Source of the DNA: Candidatus Hydrogenedentota bacterium
GTDB taxonomy: Bacteria > Hydrogenedentota > Hydrogenedentia > Hydrogenedentales > SLHB01
DNA length: 64,000 bases
Assembly: GCA_963674865.2 (NCBI GenBank)
Contig: CAXXYE010000009.1
Coordinates: forward strand, 1,568,001-1,632,000
Direction: 5' to 3'
A program made the translations under genes and the position numbers. The notes under the pieces were generated by a model that did not search any database, was not told the DNA's origin, and saw nothing but the letters and a program-made list of their open reading frames with translations. Every line of letters starts with the position of its first letter. The stretch's first letter is position 1. Below are positions 56,679 to 64,000 of the stretch, in pieces.

Positions 56679-57746
56679 ATGAAAAAGGGTTTCACCTTGA
56701 TCGAGCTGCTGGTCGTGATTGCCATCATCGGCATCCTGGCGGCGATTCTGCTGCCGGCGTTGGCCAAGGCTCGTGAGCAAGCACGGCGTGCTTCGTGCCA
56801 GAACAACCTCAAGGAATGGGGTCTGGTCTTCAAGATGTACGCGAACGAGAGCCCGGGGCGGTATTATCCTGTGGCAGCCGTCGCCGGTAAGGTCGCGCAA
56901 TGCGGCAGCTACAACAGCGACCTCGAAGAGGCCGGTAGCGCGGATGACCTTTGGGCCAATCCGAGCGGCCCGCACTGCTATCCCGAATACATCGACGACT
57001 GGAACGTCTATTTCTGCCCGTCCGACGCGGATACGCCGGCTGAGCAGTATCTGGTCTGCCCGGGTGGCGACTGGTGCGCCAGCGATGCTTTCTGCATCGG
57101 GCCGACGAATCCGGAGTCGCTGAATCCCTGGTATTTCCAGGACAAGAGCTACATCTACTGCGGTTACATGTGCCGTGACGACCAAGAGTGGATGACCATG
57201 GTCCATGCCGCCGACGTGATGACCAATCAGGACGCGAGCAAAGACAGCTGGGCGTCTGCCCACAGCAAGCTGTGCAACGCCTCCATCGGCGCCGACCGTG
57301 GCGGTGGCGATGAGGCCCGGACGCGCGCCTGGGTCGAGAGCCGCTGCAAGGCGTATGTCCGCGCTCTGAAGTACGAACTGGTCGATCCCCTTCCCTGGAA
57401 CTCGATGCTCTACACGCGTCAGTTCTATGGCAAGATCTACCGTCTTCGTGAAGGCATCCAGCAGTACCTGATCACCGACGTGAACGACATCGCGGCGGCT
57501 CAGTCTGCTGAGAGCCAGATTGCGGTGATGTGGGACGAGGCCATGGCGATGCAGACCAACGGCGATGTGAAATTCCACCATCTGCCGGGCGGCTGCAACG
57601 TGCTTTACATGGACGGCCACGTCAGCTTCCTTAAGTACCCGCAAGGCTCGACGTACGGCGAGATCGACTCGAACACTGGCTACCAGAGAGCCAGCAAGCA
57701 GATCCCCGTCACCCCGTTCATGGTTACGGTAGGCTGCAACTGGTAA
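56679..57746 (+). CDS. DUF1559-type prepilin / H-X9-DG protein (copy 2)
   Basis: Same length as copy 1; six amino-acid differences seen by eye. Confidence 0.93.
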   Translation: MKKGFTLIELLVVIAIIGILAAILLPALAKAREQARRASCQNNLKEWGLVFKMYANESPGRYYPVAAVAGKVAQCGSYNSDLEEAGSADDLWANPSGPHCYPEYIDDWNVYFCPSDADTPAEQYLVCPGGDWCASDAFCIGPTNPESLNPWYFQDKSYIYCGYMCRDDQEWMTMVHAADVMTNQDASKDSWASAHSKLCNASIGADRGGGDEARTRAWVESRCKAYVRALKYELVDPLPWNSMLYTRQFYGKIYRLREGIQQYLITDVNDIAAAQSAESQIAVMWDEAMAMQTNGDVKFHHLPGGCNVLYMDGHVSFLKYPQGSTYGEIDSNTGYQRASKQIPVTPFMVTVGCNW

Positions 57747-57779
57747 GCTAGGCCAAGAGGTTTAGCTAGCTCGATAAGC

Positions 57780-57820
57780 GGCCGCTGCCCGGACTTAGGT
57801 CCGGGCGGCGGCCCTTCTTA
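57780..57820 (+). terminator. terminator-like hairpin with a weak U-tract
   Basis: GGCCGCTGCCCGGAC-TTAG-GTCCGGGCGGCGGCC then CTTCTTA; homolog of the 56173 terminator. Confidence 0.65.
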
Positions 57821-57957
57821 TTCTCCGGCCGCATATGAGGCATGTGAGAGATACGGGATAGCCACGGTGGGTCTTGAGCTTCTCGCGGGTCTTCCGTAGT
57901 GTGAGTGTCGAGTCAGGGGGCTTTGTGGGTGCGCGCAAGTAGCTGTGAAGTAATGGG

Positions 57958-59199
57958 TTACTTGGCCTGGGCGTTCCGTGCTGCGAGGCAACGCTCGACA
58001 GCCGCGTAGACTTCGTCGACCCCGATCATCTGCATGCACACGTTGTCGTTGCAGGGCGAGAACCGGTAATTGAGGGCGCTCACGCACGGACTGCAAGCCA
58101 AGCCCTTCCAGATCACGTGCGTGCGCGATCCCAGAGGCGAGAAGACGCGGGGCGTTTCAGGCCCAAAAAGCACGACCGTGTCGATGTCCGTCAGGGAGGC
58201 AAAGTGGCCCGGGCCGCTATCGTTGGTCACGAGCACATCGGCCAGGGTGTAGAGCACAAGCAACTCGCGAAGGGTGGTCTTGCCGGCCAGAGACGCTGAG
58301 CGTTCGGAGCCGATTGCTTGGCACACGCGCTCGGCGGTATCCCGCTCGTTTGGCGCGCCTGTCACCACGATCGCCACGTCTTCGTGCCGTGCGAGGATCG
58401 CCTTCCCCAGCGAGACGAACCTCTCCTGAGGCCATCGCCGAATGGGCAACATATCTCCCGCGTTAGGATTCAGCAGAACGATGCGCCGCCCGGCCATGGT
58501 TTGTCCCAGTTCACGTACCAGGAGTTCACGGACCGCCTCCCGCTCAGCCTTTGTCGGCTCGAACCGGGGCCGCTCGGCATCTGCCGGCTCAACCGGCGCT
58601 TTCAATAGCGGCGTTTCCTCGGCGTCACGCTCCAGGGCCATGACCAAGGACTCGAAGAACTGGGCGCAGTGCAAATAGGGATTGTAGAAGACGCGGTGCG
58701 TCATGAGGTCGCCGCGGTAAAGGGCCTCGCTTGTGAATCGGTGGAGGCCGACGCGGCGGCGTGCGCCACACAGGTAGGCGAAGATGGCCGGAGCTCGGGC
58801 GAATGATTCCAGATCCAGCGTGGCGTCTATGCGCAGTCTGCGGACGCGCCAGAGCGCGCGGAGGGAATCAAACACAAAACCCCCGAACTTGTGTCTCCGT
58901 ATTTCGAGCACATTTTCCGGCGGGACAATCCCCAATAGATCAAGGATCTCGCGGTTCTCGTCAAAGACGCAGAAGTAGAGGTTCTCTCGCCCGACGAGTT
59001 CGGCCGCGCGGCGCAACGCCCCGTACGCCTGCACCGTGGCCCCCTGCTCGATCAGTTTCAGGAAGAGGATCTTGCGAGGCGGCCCCTCAGGCTTTCTCTC
59101 GAGGCCCGCCACCCGCGCGAAGCGCCGGAAGGCGGTGAGCGCCAAGCAGATAGGCCGTCCGGCCCATGAATCGATATTCCCGATGGTCTTGGGCTGCAC
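57958..59199 (-). CDS. glycosyltransferase family 9 (heptosyltransferase-like)
   Basis: RRWPQERF; LAGKTTLRELL; VTNDSGPGH; LFGPE; CSPC. Confidence 0.9.
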   Translation of the reverse strand: MQPKTIGNIDSWAGRPICLALTAFRRFARVAGLERKPEGPPRKILFLKLIEQGATVQAYGALRRAAELVGRENLYFCVFDENREILDLLGIVPPENVLEIRRHKFGGFVFDSLRALWRVRRLRIDATLDLESFARAPAIFAYLCGARRRVGLHRFTSEALYRGDLMTHRVFYNPYLHCAQFFESLVMALERDAEETPLLKAPVEPADAERPRFEPTKAEREAVRELLVRELGQTMAGRRIVLLNPNAGDMLPIRRWPQERFVSLGKAILARHEDVAIVVTGAPNERDTAERVCQAIGSERSASLAGKTTLRELLVLYTLADVLVTNDSGPGHFASLTDIDTVVLFGPETPRVFSPLGSRTHVIWKGLACSPCVSALNYRFSPCNDNVCMQMIGVDEVYAAVERCLAARNAQAK

Positions 59200-59444
59200 C
59201 CCAACACCTCCCGGCCGCGTTTACACATCATCTCACGTTGACACACGTCCCGTCTGTGTCCACCGAACACTTTGCCCTTTGTCCCGGCAAGTTGCAGTAG
59301 TCTACCGAGCGTGGGGAGGCACTTCAAGGTGCCGGTGCGCAAAGGACCCTTGTTGAAGGGGGTGCGCCGACCACAGCGCTGGTTGGCGGAGGGCGCATAT
59401 TGTCGGGGCCTCTGTTCTTTTCCTGAGGCGCCGGATAGTCTGAT

Positions 59445-59604
59445 CCCACATCGCCGGATAACTCAGCGGTGCCGCGCACACGGCGCTTGGATGTGGCGTC
59501 GTCTTCCAAAAGTGACTCACCAGATGGGTGAGGCCAGCCATTTCGACAGTGTCTTTGTTTCCAGTGACTTGGCGCGCGGCACAATTGGCAACCCGGCCAC
59601 CGGG
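59445..59604. mobile_element. 160-bp MITE-like repeat, copy D (close to copy A)
   Basis: Highly similar to 9540..9699 without indels; TGAT on both flanks. Confidence 0.8.
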
Positions 59605-59645
59605 ATTTGATCCTTCCTGGCGCTGAATGATAGGGTTTCGGATAG

Positions 59646-61844
<2,199 letters not shown>

Positions 61845-62036
61845 TCCGAATGGCTTACACGTAGTTGTCAGGGGCGGGCTTGTGACGCAAAGCGCCCGTT
61901 CCACGTAACCTGCGCGCATCTCGTTATGCGGCTGTCAGACAAGCGGTTTAACGCCCTTGTTCATCCCAAGTAGCTGGGCTATGATACGAGCGTGTTGAGC
62001 GTCCGCTGATCCTGACTCGGTAATCTGGGATCTTTC

Positions 62037-62810
62037 ATGGTTATTGACAGCCATATGCACGTCCGAGGTAATCCGGACGGATCGTTGGATACGCGCTACT
62101 GCGACGCCATTGTCGAAGCGGGCGATCTCCTGAATATCGATGTCTTCTGTGTCTCGGATCTCAGCCTTACGGGAGATGTCCGGTACGAAGATTTCCATGC
62201 CTCCAACGCGCGGGTCCTCGCCGCGATGGCGCGTCACCCGGCGCGTATCAAGGGCTACTGCTTCGTGAATTCCGGCGATTCGAAGGCGCTCGACGAGATC
62301 AGTCAGCGCGTTGGCGACGAGGGATTCATCGGCATCAAGTTGTACAACCAGTACCGCATCGATGAGCCGGTGGTAGAGCCGGTTATCGAACGAGCGGTTG
62401 CGTGGCAAGTGCCCATTCTCGTTCACGCCGGTTACTTGACCGATCCCAAGGCCAAGGCGGGGCAGCCGCGTTGCAGCGACGCCCGGCATTTCATCAATGT
62501 GGCCAGGCGTTATCCTGAGGCCATGCTGATCGAAGGCCACATCGGCGGCGGCGGTGATTGGCAGTGGACTCTCAAGCACCTTCGAGAGGCGCCGTCGGTG
62601 TTCATGGACACAAGCGGCAGCGTGGTGGATGAGTGGATGATCGACACGTGTGTGCAAGAGCTTGGCGTTGAGCGGGTGCTCTTCGGAACAGATATGACTA
62701 TCGAAGGTGGGATAGGCAAGGTCCTCGACGCGGACCTGAATGATGCACAACGGCAGAAGGTCCTCGGCGGAAACTTCGAGGCGATCATCGCGCGGAGGGC
62801 TGTGCGATGA
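62037..62810 (+). CDS. amidohydrolase family protein
   Basis: IDSHMH; GIKL; LVHAG; GHIGG; LFGTD. Confidence 0.88.
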   Translation: MVIDSHMHVRGNPDGSLDTRYCDAIVEAGDLLNIDVFCVSDLSLTGDVRYEDFHASNARVLAAMARHPARIKGYCFVNSGDSKALDEISQRVGDEGFIGIKLYNQYRIDEPVVEPVIERAVAWQVPILVHAGYLTDPKAKAGQPRCSDARHFINVARRYPEAMLIEGHIGGGGDWQWTLKHLREAPSVFMDTSGSVVDEWMIDTCVQELGVERVLFGTDMTIEGGIGKVLDADLNDAQRQKVLGGNFEAIIARRAVR

Positions 62811-63583
62811 TCGACTGCAACGCGTTCCTTGGGCATTGGGCTTTCCGCCGGCTCCGGCGAAACGACGCGGATAGCCTGGTGGCGATGATGGACCGATTCA
62901 GCCTGGCCGGGGCGTGTGTAGCCTCGGCGGATGCCATCCTCTACAGGGACTGCCAGTCGGGGAATGACCGTCTCTACGAGGAGACGCGAGCCTACGAGGA
63001 TCGGTTCTGGCTGTATGCGACCTTGAATCCGGCCTATGCCGGGTGGGAGCGCGACCTCGGGCGCTGCGTGGCTCTCGGATTCAAGGCAGTCCGGATGTAT
63101 CCCTATTACCATGGATACGATCTCACGGATGGTGCGGCGGGTCGGCTTGCCGATGCGGCGCGCGAGGCGGGCCTGCCGATCTCCCTGCCGTGCCGGGTGG
63201 TGGACCGGCGGCAGCGCCATTGGATGGACACGGCCGAGGACCTCGACCCAATGGCGGCGGTGGCGTTCGCGGAGGCGCATCCGGGCGCGACGTTTATCCT
63301 TACGGAATCGTTTCTGAGCGGCCCGCCCGAGGCCGACCACTGGCGCAGGATGCGTGGCCTGGATTTCTACGTCGAGATGTCGCGCAGTACGGCCCTCTTG
63401 GACAAGCCGCTCGATGCCATGGTGAAGGCGCTGGGAGCGGAACGCGTGCTGCTCGGCACCGGTTTCCCGTTTAAGAGCCCTTCGCCGGCGTTCTTGAAGA
63501 TCAAGTGTCTCGACGCGGCCCCGGCCTCGAAGGAGCAGATCACGAGCACGAACGCGCGCCGTCTCTTCGGCGCGGGTGGTTGA
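62807..63583 (+). CDS. amidohydrolase-fold protein lacking canonical metal ligands
   Basis: IDCNAF in place of HxH; LLGTG in place of FGTD; ATGA overlap with the preceding gene. Confidence 0.8.
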   Translation: MIDCNAFLGHWAFRRLRRNDADSLVAMMDRFSLAGACVASADAILYRDCQSGNDRLYEETRAYEDRFWLYATLNPAYAGWERDLGRCVALGFKAVRMYPYYHGYDLTDGAAGRLADAAREAGLPISLPCRVVDRRQRHWMDTAEDLDPMAAVAFAEAHPGATFILTESFLSGPPEADHWRRMRGLDFYVEMSRSTALLDKPLDAMVKALGAERVLLGTGFPFKSPSPAFLKIKCLDAAPASKEQITSTNARRLFGAGG

Positions 63584-63630
63584 GCCACCCGCCTTCGGGC
63601 GCACAACCTTGTCTGGAATGCTCAGCACAA

Positions 63631-64000
63631 ATGCACATAGGCCATTTCGAGATTGATCGCCCCCTCATCCTTGCCCCGATGGATGATGTTGGGGACAGTG
63701 TGTTTCGCATGATCTGCAAAGAGCACGGCGCAGATGTCTTGTACACGGAGTTCGCAAACTCCGAGGCGCTTTGCCGCAACGTGCGGAAGACAATGGGGAA
63801 GATCGCCATAGCCGATGCCGAGCGCCCTATAGGCGTCCAGATCTACGGCAGGTCCGAAGAAAGCATGGAGAAAGCCACGGCCGTGGCGGAGGAAGCCTCG
63901 CCGGACTTCATCGATGTAAATTGCGGCTGCTCGGTGAAGAAGATCGCGACGCGGGGCGATGGGGCGGGATTGCTTCGCGACTTGAAGCAGATGGAGCGCG
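63631..64000 (+). CDS. dusB: tRNA-dihydrouridine synthase (3'-truncated by the window edge)
   Basis: My translation: LILAPM..D..FR..C..YTEF..PIGVQIYG..DFIDVNCGC.VKK..GAGLL; absent from the ORF track because there is no stop in the window. Confidence 0.9.
   Translation, partial: MHIGHFEIDRPLILAPMDDVGDSVFRMICKEHGADVLYTEFANSEALCRNVRKTMGKIAIADAERPIGVQIYGRSEESMEKATAVAEEASPDFIDVNCGCSVKKIATRGDGAGLLRDLKQMER

Noticed and set aside
55070..57746. Diversity-generating retroelement (template/variable repeat pair)
   Set aside because: Differences between the copies are not adenine-specific, both copies are full genes, and there is no reverse transcriptase in the window
9540..59604. CRISPR array or integron attC sites as an explanation for the 160-bp repeats
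   Set aside because: Copies are dispersed kilobases apart with no repeat-spacer periodicity, no RYYYAAC/GTTRRRY ends, and no cas or intI genes

Overview
A GC-rich bacterial chromosomal window with about 50 genes. The gene content (DUF1559-type prepilins, many secreted glycosidase/sulfatase-like proteins, an extended ECF sigma factor) suggests a PVC-like or Hydrogenedentota-like organism; this is inference only. Recognisable housekeeping genes are trkH/trkA, acpS, pheA, pcrA/uvrD, coaD, larC/larB, thiC and a partial dusB. The most notable structure: (1) a ~3.93 kb tandem duplication of a sigma54-driven operon of three pilin-like genes plus a TPR gene, with mosaic divergence, next to a CHASE4/PAS kinase and sigma54 activator; (2) a tandem pair of near-identical DUF1559/H-X9-DG prepilin genes with different promoters but a shared, apparently structured 5' leader that I cannot match to a known riboswitch; (3) four intergenic copies of a MITE-like element, each exactly 160 bp despite divergent interiors; (4) a separate 149-bp MITE, and an IS200-type transposase relic with REP-like hairpins; (5) an easily missed 49-aa peptide gene; (6) several apparent pseudo-enzymes (acylase lacking the Ser nucleophile, cupredoxin lacking Cu ligands, amidohydrolase lacking HxH); (7) thiC with no recognisable TPP riboswitch but a structured leader. 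No rRNA, tRNA, CRISPR array, integrase or reverse transcriptase was seen.
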